This document shows positions 1 to 40,520 of a DNA stretch of 64,000 nt, in pieces; within the stretch, counting starts at the first letter, position 1; each line of letters starts with the position of its first letter. Origin of the DNA: Salpingoeca rosetta (lineage: Eukaryota; Protista; Choanoflagellata); the NCBI GenBank assembly GCA_033442325.1, contig JAWQFM010000024.1:438992-502991 (forward strand), given 5' to 3'. Below the pieces are notes generated by a model. The model saw only the letters and a list, made by a program, of their open reading frames with translations. It searched no databases and was not told the DNA's origin. Made by a program: the position numbers and the translations under genes.

Positions 1-55
1 CGAGAGCTCAATGACCTCGCGCTCGACGGTACGCTGGGGTTTTGTTTTCGCACCG

Positions 56-114
<59 letters not shown>

Positions 115-133
115 CCGCTGCTGCTGCTGTTGC

Positions 134-231
<98 letters not shown>

Positions 232-1318
232 TTGTTGGTCGTAATGACGGTGTCTTTGTTTGTCACAATGTGCGTGTACGGAGATGTTTTTGAAACCATC
301 CCCCTCACCCAACATCATGACATGCGTCATTGTAACCCACGTCCCTCCCTTCGATACCGCATCCAATCACTTCTGCTGGTGCGTTGCTTGTTGCTGCCGA
401 CAGATGATGGTGGCCCGGCCTACGACAAGGATGACTTCTTCGACAGTCTGCAGCCAGACAGCCGCGACAGGTACAACAACGTGTGCGCGCGTTTATGTGC
501 GTGTCTGCAGAGTGCTCTTGTGGTGTGTTTTGTGCTTGGAAGACAAGCAGAAAGCTCAAGTTCTTCTTCTTACACCGCACCGTACTGTCAACTCACCCTT
601 TGCGTGTATGTGAATGTGCACCTGTGTGGCAGGCGGGAGCGGGAGAACAACTATGCGCTTGACATGGAGACGTTTGGGCAGGCCGCCGTCGCCCACAAGA
701 GCCCCCATGACCGCAGGCGTCGTGGCAGAGGTCAGCACCCGCCTCGTCACAGTCACGATGGAGCTATTGGGGAGTGCTTTGCTTGTATTGAGTGCGCTCA
801 CATGTTCACCCGAATGAATCCGTTACCAAACCCACATCCACATTCACCTTCGCACCCCCACACGCTCACCTGTGCTGATTCAACCTGCACTTCCTCTCTG
901 TATTTTCTGTCCCCCCCCCTCCCTTTTCCCCTCCATCCTTCCTTCACTTGCGGTGGTGGCGGTGCCAGGCCGTGGCGGACCCCGCGGCGGCCACCGCCAC
1001 TTCAACCCGCACTACCACCAGCGGTACCAGCAGCACCCTGCGTCGCTCGGCTATGGCAGCGGGTCCTTTGGGCTCCCGCCGGGCCCCTTTGACCACGGCC
1101 CGTCCTCCTTTGGCAACACCTACGGATATGGCGGCGGTTACGGCGGCCATCGCGGCGGGCGCGCGCCCCGTGGTCGCGGCGGCTTCAGGCGCTACGACAA
1201 CAACCGGGACGGCCGTGGTGGTGGCCGTGGCGGTGGCCGTGGTCGTCGCACCAACGGCAGCGGCAACCCGCGCCGTGGCAGCAGGGACGCCGCGACGGCA
1301 CAGCAAGGCGAGGAGTGA
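1..1318 (+). CDS. LSM14: 3' part of LSM14/Scd6/RAP55-family mRNP (P-body/stress granule) protein; exons approx. 1-28, 404-470, 633-730, 969-1318; 5' end lies outside the window
   Basis: Spliced translation RELNDLALD-DDGGPAYDKDDFFDSL (FFD box)...NYALDMETFG (TFG box), then an RGG/GY-rich tail ending at TGA 1316-1318. GT-AG sites and phases are compatible. Confidence 0.8.
57..231. repeat. Intronic (GAT)n microsatellite with a short (GCT)n interruption
   Basis: Direct sequence; it is the source of the spurious poly-M/poly-D ORFs. Confidence 0.95.
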
Positions 1319-1748
1319 TTGTGCCGGTCATGGCGAGACGAAGCAGTGAGATGGTGGAGAGACAGCTGCATCACTGGCGTGTGATGATGTGTGTGCGTGC
1401 GTGTGTGTTGGCGGTGGAATGCGACCATGTGCGTGATGATGTGTTGGTGTCGAGAAGTTCGCGTGTGCTTGTGATGGTGGCGAGCCGTGGTGTTGCTGTG
1501 GCCCTGCGTGTGATGATGTTGTGGTGGCGGCGATGCAGAGTACAACGATTGCGGGCCAACGCGTTGCTGGAACTGTCACTGCAATCTGCTGAGGGCATGA
1601 GGGAGCTAGTGGTTTTATTGTGGGCACACATCCGTCATTGGGCTGGGTTGAGTGACGTGGGCATGGCAACACAAGCAGAGGCAGTGAATGGCTGCCAAGG
1701 CGCGCGATGTGTGTGTGTGGTGGGGTCAGGGATACCAGCGGCACGGGC

Positions 1749-1917
1749 TTACTGCAGGCCTGTGGTGTGTGGTAGAGACGATCAAGGTGAGGATGCAGAC
1801 AGCAAATTGACTTTCACATGCATGAACAGGCAGACATACACAAACAGGCACACGCACACAGAGAGACACAGAAATAGACACACGAAAGATAGACACACAC
1901 AGACACACAGGCGCGAG

Positions 1918-1986
<69 letters not shown>

Positions 1987-2228
1987 GAACGAACGAACCG
2001 TAGTTGAGCTTGCACTGCTTGAGCTGGTCGTTGAAGGCCTGGCAGAGGGAGAGGTCGCTCGGGTAGTTCTGTGCGCACTGCAGGAACTGCTGCATCTCAT
2101 ACGCACACGGGTTCGCCTGCACAGCGTGGTGACAAAGCAGAGAATGGTAGGTGGTGGTGAGGGGGGATGGGCAGTAAGGGATGCATTGGTGCGAATGCAG
2201 GCAGACAGAGGGTCAAAGTACATGAACC

Positions 2229-2279
<51 letters not shown>

Positions 2280-3047
2280 ATCAACACACACACACACAGA
2301 CACACACACAGACACACACACACACACACACATCAACACACAGGCACAGACACAGCCACGCACGCACCTGGTCCTGCTGCTGCTGCTGCTGCTGTGGTGC
2401 CTGGTACTGCTGCTGCTGCTGGTACTGCTGCTGGTCGGCGGGGGCGGCCTCCTTGTCGGAGCCGCTGAATGCGCCCGTCATGGCATTGCCGACAACGTGG
2501 CCAACGGCAGAGCCCTGGTCATTGGTATCAACGATTTGCCAAGGAGAGCGAGTGGTGTACAGGAGGGTGAGGAGGGCGAGGGCGTGCATGCATTCTGAAG
2601 CAACAAGGATCGCGTGTTGCTGGAGTCCACCTGCCCGCTGACCTCCTCGCTATCTTGACGAGCAAGCACATCCACATGACCACATCCACATGCCCAGCTC
2701 TTCCTTCACCATCGTCATCACAACCACCACCACTCATACGCACCACGGCGACGCCGCCGGCGGTGGCGGCCATCTGCGCCATCAGACCGGGCTGCTTTGG
2801 CTGCGGGGCAACACCAGTCGCCTGTGGCGCGTGCTGTATGTGCACGACGCAAGTCGTGTGCGCAGGGGAGGTGTGAGAATGGAAGGTCACGTGTATGCAT
2901 GCATGTGACAGATGCACAAACAGAGATGGACAAGCAGGAGGACGGGGACAGAGCGACACACACACACACATGCGCACACACACACACACACACATGCGCA
3001 CACCACACACACACATGCGCACACACACACACACACACATGCGCACA

Positions 3048-3124
<77 letters not shown>

Positions 3125-3403
3125 CAATACGGACCTGAACAGGGGCGGTAGGGGCAGTCTGTGCGGGGGTGCGGGCGGGTGTGGAGGTTGGCATGCGCGC
3201 CGGCGTCGAGCGGGGCATGGGCGCAGGTGTCGAGCGCGGCGCAGGCCTGAGAAGTGCCAACGAAAAAGTTGAGATGAGGATGCAGCGATGCAATGGGCAG
3301 AAGCGGCAACAACGAGTGAGGGTGGATTGGTTGTAGGGTGCACGTGAGTCAGCGCTGACTCGCGTGCATGGAAGCACCAATGAACAACACGAGCTCTTCG
3401 CAT

Positions 3404-3476
<73 letters not shown>

Positions 3477-3544
3477 ATCACCACCAACCTTGGGGCGGTG
3501 CGCGCAGGCGCTGGGGAGCTGGTGCGGCGGCTTCGGCGAGGCAT
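1749..3544 (-). CDS. CHCHD2: Mitochondrial twin CX9C protein, CHCHD2/CHCHD10/MIX17 family, multi-exon
   Basis: Arg-rich start [13 protein letters not shown]; [34 protein letters not shown] conserved central helix; twin CX9[12 protein letters not shown]...[11 protein letters not shown]; tiny last exon 1749-1759 (G-L-Q-stop). Confidence 0.9.
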
Positions 3545-4157
3545 GGTGATGTGCTAAGGGGGTCAAAAGAGAAGCTCAAGCACGGTCAGAAGCGGCTGCT
3601 GCAGTTGTCGTTGTCGATATGACGACGTGTGTGACGCGGCAATGTTACAGTGGGGTGAGAGTGGAGACAAAACACGCACAAATCGCAGACAAGACGTGGT
3701 GCAAGTGGGCGCAACACGTGTGGCGTGGACGTGTGCTTGAAACATTCGCACTGAGGTAGAGTCGTGGATGAGACAAGAGGGGAGGGGAAGGAGGTGGTGT
3801 CGCACCCACTCAAACGACCTTCGCACTCATGCACACCCTCCTCATCGTTCCATGCCCATCCACTTGTACCCTCCATCACGTCACCATCACTCACGTTGTC
3901 TTGTGTGCGTGTTGGCGTTTGCTGGGCAGACGAGGAATAATGTATATTTTGATGATGAAAACGATATGGGCTGTTGTTTTTCTCGCTCTTTCCGCGCATG
4001 ATATGCGTTGTGTGTTGTGGCAACTCGGGAATAGCAGCGGCAGTGGACGGAAAGGGGGAGGGGGTGCCTGCATGCAAGCACGACGGTCGGTCGTAGACAC
4101 ACGCTCACACACGCTCACATGTACACATGTACACACACGCACACGCCACTGGTGCAG

Positions 4158-10654
<6,497 letters not shown>

Positions 10655-11104
10655 ATGGGGTGAATGACAGGTTCACGCGTGTCGTCCACACATGTTTGGC
10701 AGTGGCGATCCGCACAGGTGGTGTGTGATTATTCTCAGGGTAGTTTACGGTTTACTGTTGTGCTCTTCCTTCAGTGGGAGAGCGTAGCAGGAGTGTAATA
10801 AAATAAGAACTGATTGTGACACAACGCACACAAATAGGAAACGTTACACAGCCACGCAACACAGAGTGTCGTCTCTGACCAACACATGCATAAGCATATC
10901 GTGTTCTTCCACCTCATATGGTTGCGTTTCTCCACGTCTTCCTCACCCACCCCTCTTTCACATCTTTACATTAAAATCAAATAGCAATCAATCATGTGCC
11001 CGTGCGTGCCAAACCACCCATCCGTCCATGTCTCATGTCATCCAGCCACACCACATGCCATCCATCCAGCCACATTCTCCACTTCCTCCCCAACATCAAC
11101 GTCA

Positions 11105-19743
<8,639 letters not shown>

Positions 19744-19760
19744 GTGCAACGCTGATGAAG

Positions 19761-19807
<47 letters not shown>

Positions 19808-19813
19808 TGTGTC

Positions 19814-19951
<138 letters not shown>

Positions 19952-21215
19952 CGTGTGGGGGGGGGGGAGGATGTGAGTCCGTGTGCGTGTACTTGTGTGC
20001 GTGCGAGGAGCGGAATAAGTGAGCAACGGGATGGCGGGTGGAGGGATGCACACGTGGCAGGGCGGTGCTTGCATGCAGTTGCACACAGGAGGAATAAAGA
20101 ACAAGAACAGCGTGTCAAAGAAGTGGTGCAAGACGAACCAGGAGATCAACAAAACCCACCAACACCAAGCCAGAGTCAAGACGAAAGGGGGATTCGTTTA
20201 GTCTTGCTCACCTTTCTGCGGCAGACGTTCACAGAAGTGCGACGTATCGGTGCGTGTTGGCGAACAGGTTGGGTGGGCGAGAGACGGTGAAGATGAGGCG
20301 GTGGAGGAAGGAACGGAGCACGAGAGTGAGTTGGTAATGAAGCAAGCAAGCGAGGATAGGGTGCCACGGGGAAGAAGGGGGGGGGGGGCAAAACAACAAC
20401 AACGTGCAGGCAGACCAGACAACACACAACAGACACACAACAGACACACAACAAACACACAGCAAAGAGGCCCACCAGCTCGTGACACTCGTCCATTCGC
20501 AACAAGGGCAAGGATGATCAAGTCTTTGTTGTGCGAACCTGCTGCTGGTGGTACTGCGATGCGCACAGACTTGTGCGTTTGAGTGATCGGAGGGCCTGTC
20601 TGCGTTTGCCTGTTTCGTGTTTGTGTTTGTGGTTGTGTGTTTGTGTTTGTGTTTGCTGGCTGGAGAGTGGAGGATGGAAAAGAGGAGAGAAGGAGAGGAG
20701 GAGAGAAGCAAACGCAAGAACCAAATGCGCAAGAAAACAAGCGAAGCAAAGCAAGCAAGCAAGCAAGGCGCACCTTCCAAGCGTGCCTTCCTGTCTTGTG
20801 TGTGTGTGTGTGTTGGTGCGTATGTGGCAGCTGCAAATCTTCTTCGCTTTTCTGTGCTTTGCTCCTGCTTGCTTCTTGCTTGCTGACTGTCGCTTGTGCG
20901 TGTTTGTGCGAGCAAGAAAGCGAAAGGTGGCGAAAAGCTGACACATCAGGCGATGGCGTCATTGTAGAAATTTATTCAAAGTTATGTACCAAACATCGTT
21001 CGTGCGGCAAAAAGTGTTTGTGTTTGTTTGTGTTTGTTTGTTTGTGTTGTTCGTTTTGCGTAAGCATCCAGATGCAACAGAGACGCACATGCGCATGCAC
21101 ACGTCAATGCACAGCAGTGGCTATGAGACACACACGCACACACACAAAGACACGGAAGAGGGAAGAAGCGTGCAGGCGGAGGCAGGGGAGAGTGACTGTG
21201 TGTTTGGTTGTTTGT

Positions 21216-22752
<1,537 letters not shown>

Positions 22753-23557
22753 GGTTGCTGTCTGCTTGGTACTTGGTTTGCCGACTTGGTTGCTCGGTGG
22801 CTTGTATCTGTTTGTACTTGTTCTCGTTCGCTTGCTGATCGGCTGGCTCTGTTTGTCGTCTTCGTCGTTGTTGTCGTGAAGAGAAAAAATGAACATCGAC
22901 AGCCATCACCCACCACAAGAAACACGACGCAAAGCACAAGTTCAAGCGCTGGGTCGCAAACAAACCGAGCACAGAAGCGAGGCTTTCGAAGGAAAAAGAA
23001 AGGCAGCAAGAGACAGGGTCAATGCCACGGCACATCAATGCTGGCGGAAGAAAGGCCGTGATGATCAAGCAATCAAGCCATCAATCAATCACAACACAAT
23101 GAACAACACAAGCAATCACTAGGTTCATCACCGATCCTTCCATTCGTGCGTGATGTGGCGATCACAGAGGGCAAGCTGTCTTTCGCACTCTGCTCAAATC
23201 AGGTGCCAATCAACGAACGAAGAAATATGTGCATTGTATGGGCTACTGTGGAACGAGACAGAAGCGCGGAAGGCCGGCCAGCATCCTTGATTTGCTGCGC
23301 CAAGTGAGGTGTGATGTGAAGTGATGTGAAGTCACACATGTGGTGTGCCTGATTGTTTGTTTGTCTTCAAACGCTTCGTCTTCCTCGTTTGCCTCAATCT
23401 TGCTGAAATTTGTAGTATATTTTGGTATAATTTTCCGAACTACTTCCCCGTTTTTTGAAGGCAACAAACGAACCGCAGGTGTGCCGTTCTTTCTTTGCTT
23501 CTGTGCTCCTTTGACTGTTGTGTTCTTCCAGCGCCACCGCCACCATGTTCCAGGTTC

Positions 23558-23635
<78 letters not shown>

Positions 23636-23744
23636 GTGTGTGTGTTTTGCGTGTGGAAACCCCGCGCATGTCCCCACATGGTGTTTGCATTCTGTGTGGC
23701 GCTACTTTGCCCACTCTTTTCACAGATCAGAAAACACAAAAACA

Positions 23745-28161
<4,417 letters not shown>

Positions 28162-29105
28162 CTGCAGTTGTCGTGATTGTTGTTCTCCCCCGTCCCGTGT
28201 GAGGATGTTGTGACTGTGCGACCATTGTGGTTGCGGTTGCCTCGCTCGTTAAGCTGGCTCATTTTCCTCTGTTTGTGGATATGTGTGTGTGTCCATGTGT
28301 GCGTATGCGTGTGTTTTTGTGTTTCATAACTGATACCCTTCCCTCCCCTCCTTCTTTTCCCCTGTTACGGAGCCATGCTCCATTTGTCTATCCCTCTCGG
28401 AAACACACACACACACACACACCTGTTGCTGGTTGCCGTTCTTCCAACTCGCTGATGTGACCGACAGATGCTGCTGTTGTCGTTACGAATCTATCACTGT
28501 CCCTTCCTGCAGTTGGTTTCGCTCGTGTTTCGTTCCGACAGTCGCACGTGCTGCATGGCTTTGTCTCCCTTGTTCTCTCTGTGCTTCTGTGCCTCTGTAT
28601 CTTCGCCGAGGTGCGAGAAGCTTGCACAGGAATGTGGTGTGCCTTTGTGGGCTGTGTTGTGCTTGTGTTGTGTGTGTGTGTGTGTGTGTGTGAGTGTGTG
28701 TGTGTGTGTGTGCCTGTGTCCATCTGACTGTCTGTGCAGCAATAATGCCCTTACTTACAATACACTTGACTCCGTGGTGATGAGCATATGTTGGCGTGTG
28801 TGTGTGTGTGTGTGTGCGAATGTGTGTGTGTGTGTGTGTGCGTGTGTGATTGTGCGAGCAGCTCGTCGACGTTTATTGTCAGTCACGTTCAGACATAAAC
28901 ATCATTGAATACGAATAGCAATCAGCGTAAGACCCTCATTAAGAAGTAGCATCATCATTCACAACCACCATCAGCAGCCACCATCGATAAATCACATCAT
29001 TCACCACAAACAAATACCGCCACCATCAACAAATCACATCATAAGTCACCACCATCACCACTACCGCCATCAATCACCATCAAACATCACCGTTCAGTGC
29101 GACCA

Positions 29106-33477
<4,372 letters not shown>

Positions 33478-34117
33478 CTCGCGTGTTGTGCTCGTCGCGT
33501 GAATTCAAAAAAATGGCGGGAGAACGCTTGACCACATCTTTCACCACAAGTCAATGCAACTGAATTCAGTGTATGTAACGGGCTTGTTGTGGGCTTTTTG
33601 GATGCACGTGTGCTGCGACCAAAGTGTGTTGTGACTGTGATGTGACATGATGTGACTGCTCATGCGTTGTGACACGACACAAGGACGCTCGTGTGGGATT
33701 TCAGGAGGTTGTGTCATTGGGGCTTGGCACGCACAAGAGTAGGATGAAACACACAAGGCCAGAAAGCAAGGCTGGCGGTCGGTGAGAGACGAACAGAGAG
33801 AAGGAAAACACACATATGGGAAGCTGGATGGTAGGGTGTAACAGCAACAACGCAACGCAACGCAAAGAAACAAAGAGATCAAGGAACGGGTTCGTGTGGT
33901 GTGAAGCAAACACTGAGTGTTCAGTCACGTACGCGACCAGGCACTACTGCTCACAGTAGCGCAAGGCAAGCACCCACACAAGTGCGCGTGAACAGGAACG
34001 CCTGTGATCGCAGCAGCCCATTCAAACACGCCCACTGTGCCACAGCGCTCGTACGCACACAAAAAGCACAGCACTTGCACACGGAGACACACGAGGGGTG
34101 GGGACAGTTGAGAGCGC

Positions 34118-34786
34118 CTAGAGGAACAGTTGGCGAATGTCGGCCATTGCATCAACAATGTTCTTCACAAAGCGTGACGAGTCCTGGTGGTACAAGGAAG
34201 AGGTTGCGATTGGAGAGGGAGGGGGGAAGTGTTATGGAACGATGAGCAGGGGGTGTCAGAGTGAATGAATGCAGGACCAAGGCAGAGAGACACAGACGGA
34301 GAGAAACACGGACAGAGATGGATAGGTGCACAGATGGATTCACAAGCTCACACACACACACACAAACTCAAACACATGTACACAGATGCACACAGACAGA
34401 TATAGACACGCACAGATACACAACACAACATAACACACACACACACACACACATACACACACACACACATGGTCGGCCACGGTACCGTCTTGTCGCTGGA
34501 CTTCTTGCTGGCAACGTGGAAGCCGACAACCCCGTCACTGGAGACAATGTAGCTGACACCATAGCCGTCGTCCGTCACGGGACCAAACCCACCACCGGCG
34601 CTGATCTGTTACGACCGGGGGGAGGAGGGGCAGTGGTGTTGGCAATGTGCGGGAGAAGAGGGAGATTTGGGAGAAGTGCAGAGAAGGGTCGAGGAAGGCA
34701 TCAGGTGCAACGACGGTAACGTACACCAAAACGCCCACAATAACAGCACAAACACACGTAACCACCAAACCACACACACACACACA

Positions 34787-34834
<48 letters not shown>

Positions 34835-37800
34835 AACACACACAAACACACACAAACACACACAAACACACACAAACACACACAAACACACACACACAAC
34901 ACAACAGCACCTTGTCGAGGTTGTTCTTGAGGTCGAAGAGGGCCGTCTGCTGGACTGGAGTCTGGCTGGTGGAGAGGTACCACGGCTCGCTCAGCACCTC
35001 TTCAAGGAACGGGGACTTGGTACCGCGCCAGACAGACACGACATACAGGCAAAACAGGTGGCGGTCGATGCTGGTGGTTGGGTGGTGGTTAGGGAAGGAC
35101 AACACACGAGGCGTGAGGGTAAGATAAGATGTAAAACAAGTGGACAAGAAAGCAAACAACCAAGAAAGTTGTGGAGGCAGATACACACTCACACACAGAC
35201 ACACACAGACACACACACACACAAACAAACAAACAAACACAGACACACACACGAAGGGCGCGAACACGCGCGCACGCACCCCTTGCCGGCCATTGCGTCC
35301 TTGAAGTGCTGCACATGAACGGAAGCGGCCCTGGTGGGGGTGGGGACAACAGTGAAAGTGAGGATGGATGAGTGGGATGGACATGGGGAGACAGGAGGGC
35401 GTGTGTTGCGCAAAGGCAGACACAGACACACAGACTTACAGGTGTAAACAAACACAAACACGCACAGACACACATAATACACACACACATGCACACATGC
35501 ACGCACGCACACAAACACAAACACACACACACACGCACGCACACACTCAACCGGCCGAGTGGCTCACTTTCGGAGGAGTTCGATGCGCTCTTCCTTCGAT
35601 GTTGAGCTGTCGCACATTGCGCGGGCAAAGGCGACGCTCTCCATCGTCACGGGGCGAACCGTCTCCGTCCGGCCATCGCTGGTGATGGTGATGGTTATGA
35701 TGATGGTGGTGGTGATGGTGGTTATGTTAGTGGAGGTGGCACAGGTGAGCAAGGATGGAATGTGATTGAATCAGCGAGTGGCCAGAACAATTAAATGACA
35801 CACAAACAAACATATGGGAGAACAGCGGCTAGAGACAACGACCAAGGGGACAGGAAAGCACAGCAAGCAGCACGTGTGCTACGCACCGGAACAAGCGCGT
35901 CATGGAGGCTTCGTATGTCTGGGCAAACCTTCCCTGATCCTGTTGATGGTGGTGGATGGTGTGATAGCAAGGCACATGGGCGTGAGTATGGCATGGAAGG
36001 TGCGGGTGTGGGGCAAACCTGGCAGGAAGACAGGGGGCAAACCATTGGGAGCAAACCACAGGGAACCATGCAAACCCTTGAACAAGCACTTCAAGCAGCA
36101 ATTGCAAGTGCAGCAGACGGCACGACGTACGCGGTAGTATGCGAGCTGGAGGGCCATTTGCAGCCAGGCGTCGGGGGAAACCTTGCACTTCTTCATAAAG
36201 CCTTTGCTGTATGCGTCGTGCACAAACACGCGCAGGTCAAGGTCTGGCGTTTGCACACATGAAGAAGGGGGGGGCCGTAGAATGAAGATGGGTGAGATGG
36301 TTGCACAGTGCCATGAGCTGGTGCTTGGGGGTGACATTTCACAACAGAAAGCGAGGAGAACGAGGGGGAGAGGAAGGTAGAGAGGTCGAGAGAGGTAGAG
36401 AGAGACTGCACACACACACGCACGCGCACGGCAAAACTGACCGGCAATGTCGCCCTCGACTTTCTCGACGCACTGGCGCAGGATGGGCTCGGCCTCGGGC
36501 TCAAACGCGAACCGCAGACGCAGCGGCGGCTGGAGATCCACGCGGCGCTGCGGCACAGCCTTGTTCATGCCCGTCGACTGGTCATAGCTGCCGCGGAGAC
36601 ACAGGTGTGGCGGTGGCGGTGATGGTACGAGTGTGAGGGAGTGAGTGAGTGAGTGAGTGAGTGAGTGAGTGAGTGAGTGAGTGAGTGAGTGTGTGTGTGT
36701 GAGTGAGTGTGTGAGTGTGTGAGTGAGTGAGTGAGTGAGGGAGTGCAAAATGACATGTTTCTCTCCACAGCACTCATGCAGGTCGAATGGCATCATACCC
36801 TGGGCCGTTGAATTCGCGAGCGAGTGCAGACTCAAACGCGTGCGCAGCGACAGGCGCATCGCCCCTGGTGCACCAAACACAACACACACATGCACACGCA
36901 CGCACATACAGACGTGCAGAAAGGGAACAAAGGCGTTAGTTGGGGTGTGGTGGCTTTAAAGAGCGAGATAGAGAGAGACAGACAGAGAGGTGCAGGATGC
37001 TCACGTCAGTTCCACGCAATCAACCCGCCGACACAATCCAAACAGCAACCAACCAATGACACACAACCAACCAAACCCAAGCGCAACCAAGTGTCTCACC
37101 ACGTGTGTTCGCAGTTGACACCGCAGCGGCCGTTCTTGAAGACAATCAAGGTCATGGACTTGTCAAACCAGATGCTGTGGCCGTTGCCGTGGATGAGGGC
37201 GAGCGCAATCTCGTTTGCCTCCGTAATCTGGTCGCTCGGCATGCTGGGCGAGCTGTCATCGAGTGTCACGAAGAAGGCCTGTGGTTGCGGGCAATGTAAC
37301 AGCGGAGCAGCAGAGAAGAAACAACCGCTATGAGAACATAAAAACAATAAACACGCGTTCAGGAAAGAATGCGCACAAAGCACAACACAAGCACGGAGAT
37401 AGACGCGCGCGCACACACATATGCGCACACATGTGCAACACGTANNNNNNNNNNNNNNNNNNNNNNNNNNNNNNNNNNNNNNNNNNNNNNNNNNNNNNNN
37501 NNNNNNNNNNNNNNNNNNNNNNNNNNNNNNNNNNNNNNNNNNNNNNNNNNNNNNNNNNNNNNNNNNNNNNNNNNNNNNNNNNNNNNNNNNNNNNNNNNNN
37601 NNNNNNNNNNNNNNNNNNNNNNNNNNNNNNNNNNNNNNNNNNNNNNNNNNNNNNNNNNNNNNNNNNNNNNNNNNNNNNNNNNNNNNNNNNNNNNNNNNNN
37701 NNNNNNNNNNNNNNNNNNNNNNNNNNNNNNNNNNNNNNNNCTTTAGAAAGTAATCAGTCACTCTAAAACGGTTTATCTCATTCCTCTGTTCGCCTTGTAC

Positions 37801-38195
37801 GCTGATCGTACGGTGGCTCGATATCGTTGTCCGACTACGCATTGAGTCTTTGTACCTATCATTTCTAGTACGTACTGATAAGGCACCTATCCTGACATGC
37901 TATTCGATGTTGCTTTGTCTGTTTAATAGTCATCATCAATCCTGTCCTTTGATCGTTTCTCGCTCTTCGTTGACATACATCTACGGGACCGAGTCAGTGA
38001 GTAAGTGGCATGGCTATACGTTAGTGTGTTGCGCTTCTCTTAACTATTGTGTCGTAGTACTAAGCGGCGAATTCTCTTCCCCCATTCGGTTTTATATGTT
38101 TTTCAAGTTATTGTTAAAGAAAAAGTTAAAAGATGGTGTGAAAAATAAAACAAAAAAAAAAAACAAAAATAACCATCTTTGAAAGAGAAACACAG

Positions 38196-38281
<86 letters not shown>

Positions 38282-38927
38282 GGGCGCACTTTTCGTAGTC
38301 GCGTGGGGTGAGTTGCTCGCCCTTTGGCCCGACAATCTGCACAATGTAGAAGTGGCCCTTGCACAGCACAGTGATGTGCTTGCTCGGCACATGCAGGATC
38401 ACGTCTGCGAGCACAAGTCGCAGGGCAACGCGCGCGAGTGCGTGAGTGAGTGTGCGTGTGTGAGCGTGGTGCGTGGTGCATGAAGGTTTAAGAGGCGCAA
38501 GGATAGCTGGAGGCGCGGAGGTGTGCTGGTGACATGGTGCACAAGGGCACGGGCACGTGGTGGTGCACACATGCTGACACAGACATTATATACACACACA
38601 CACAGTGGGAGGTGTACCGTGCCACCCAATCCCTCCACCACCACCACCAGAAGCACGGCCACTAGGATCATGGAAGGCTGCGGACCTTCGTCGCGCTGCG
38701 GGATGCGGGTGGTGCCAAAGGTGCGCGGGTACTGGGACATGCACAGGGGGACGACGCCCTGGATCTGAAGCGGCGGCAGCTGCTCCCGGTCAAGCATTCG
38801 CTGTTGTTGGTCGGCAGAATGGCCGGTGGTGGTGATAACAGCGGTTGAGGGGTGAAAGAACAATGGCGCACATGCAGGCGCGCATGCAGGCGCGCACAGA
38901 CACAGACACACACAGACACAGACACAA

Positions 38928-38990
<63 letters not shown>

Positions 38991-39547
38991 TGTACACACA
39001 CATACAAACGTATAAACACACACATATACGCACGCGCACACACGGACCTTGTGCTGGACAAAGTAGTGGATGAGGTTGGCTGCGCGGGCCACCTGCTGGT
39101 GGGTGGGCTGCCACTTGTACGCGTCCATGATGTAGTAGTTGGAGTTGATCATGAGAGACCCGCGGGACCGCAGATACACAAAGCGCTCCCACCAGTCCGT
39201 CACGTAGTTCGTCGCCCAGCTGCACCATGGCGCGGGGAACGAACGTGAGCATTGATATGATTGACGACAATGCAAATTGTTTCCCAACACACACACACAC
39301 ACACACGAACATCACATCCAAACTCCATCTCCTACCCCTCCCCTCCCCTCCCCAGGCCAACAGCCGCGCATGGGGGACTCACTATGACTTGAGCTTGAGG
39401 AAGAGCTGGAAGGTGCGGCCCTCGTTGCGCTGGAACTCATCGGCGAGGCGCACCATGCGGTCGTACTCTGCTTCGTCAAGCAGCGGCCGCGCGCTCTCGA
39501 GATACCGCCGGCACGTCTCCTTCAACGGCGGCACTGCACGCACACGC

Positions 39548-39611
<64 letters not shown>

Positions 39612-40057
39612 ACGCACATGCACACAGGCGATTGTGGTGGTGGGTGGGGACAGTGCTGTTAGAAGGCGAATGCAATGAGGAGTACACCCGCAAGCACATC
39701 ACAAACATGACCATAGACACATGTAGGCATCCCTGCACGCACGCGCAACACACGACACCTGGCAGGGGTGGGAGCACGCGTTGGAAGGAGTACGTCAGTG
39801 GCCGTCCAAACCCTTCAAGAACCTTCACAATGAACAGCCAGAGAATCGTGCTGGCATGGTGTGTGTGTGTGTGTGTGTGTGTGTGAATCAAGGGGGAGTG
39901 AGGAACATGGGTGCTGCGAAGAATGACACGAACACCAACAGCAACAGCAACAGCAGCAGTGGCCGCAATGGGCACGTGAGCAGCTGCGCACCGGAAGCGG
40001 GGGCGTTTGGGTGGGTCGTAGAGGAAACCCTTGTAGCGAAGAGCGAGCTGACCACCA

Positions 40058-40148
<91 letters not shown>

Positions 40149-40374
40149 AGGAGAGGGTGGTTGAGGGAAACACGGCGTTGATGATGGCACGGCGGATACG
40201 GCGCACGCGGCTCTTGGTGGCTGCGTAGACGATGTTGGCAAAGTTGGTGACGACCTCTGTTGGGGTGTCACCGGCGCGCCAGATTGGGGTGCGCATGTGC
40301 TGAATCACGTAGTCGTAGCTGTGCCGCTTTCCCCGGTACACGGCCGAGTCGGCCATGGCACGGGCCTCAGCCAT
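34118..40374 (-). CDS. CPT1: Carnitine O-palmitoyltransferase 1-like acyltransferase, multi-exon; some exons missing from the assembly
   Basis: MAEARA start, ...[76 protein letters not shown]...NCEHTW-GDAP (catalytic His), [59 protein letters not shown]. Confidence 0.92.
37741..38180. other. Compositionally foreign AT-rich segment next to an assembly gap (low-quality read tail, chimera or contaminant)
   Basis: Abrupt AT enrichment with many TA dinucleotides and A-runs, unlike the rest of the window; flanked by an N-gap and a (CA)n run; no CPT1 exon recognisable. Confidence 0.55.
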
Positions 40375-40489
40375 GGTGGAAGTTGGCTGCTCCTACAACA
40401 GACAACCACAGAAAGACCACAAGGGTGTGTGCAATGGTCTGCGCGCGCGTGTGTGTGTGTGTGTGTGCGCGTGTGTGTGTGCGTGTGTT

Positions 40490-40520
<31 letters not shown>

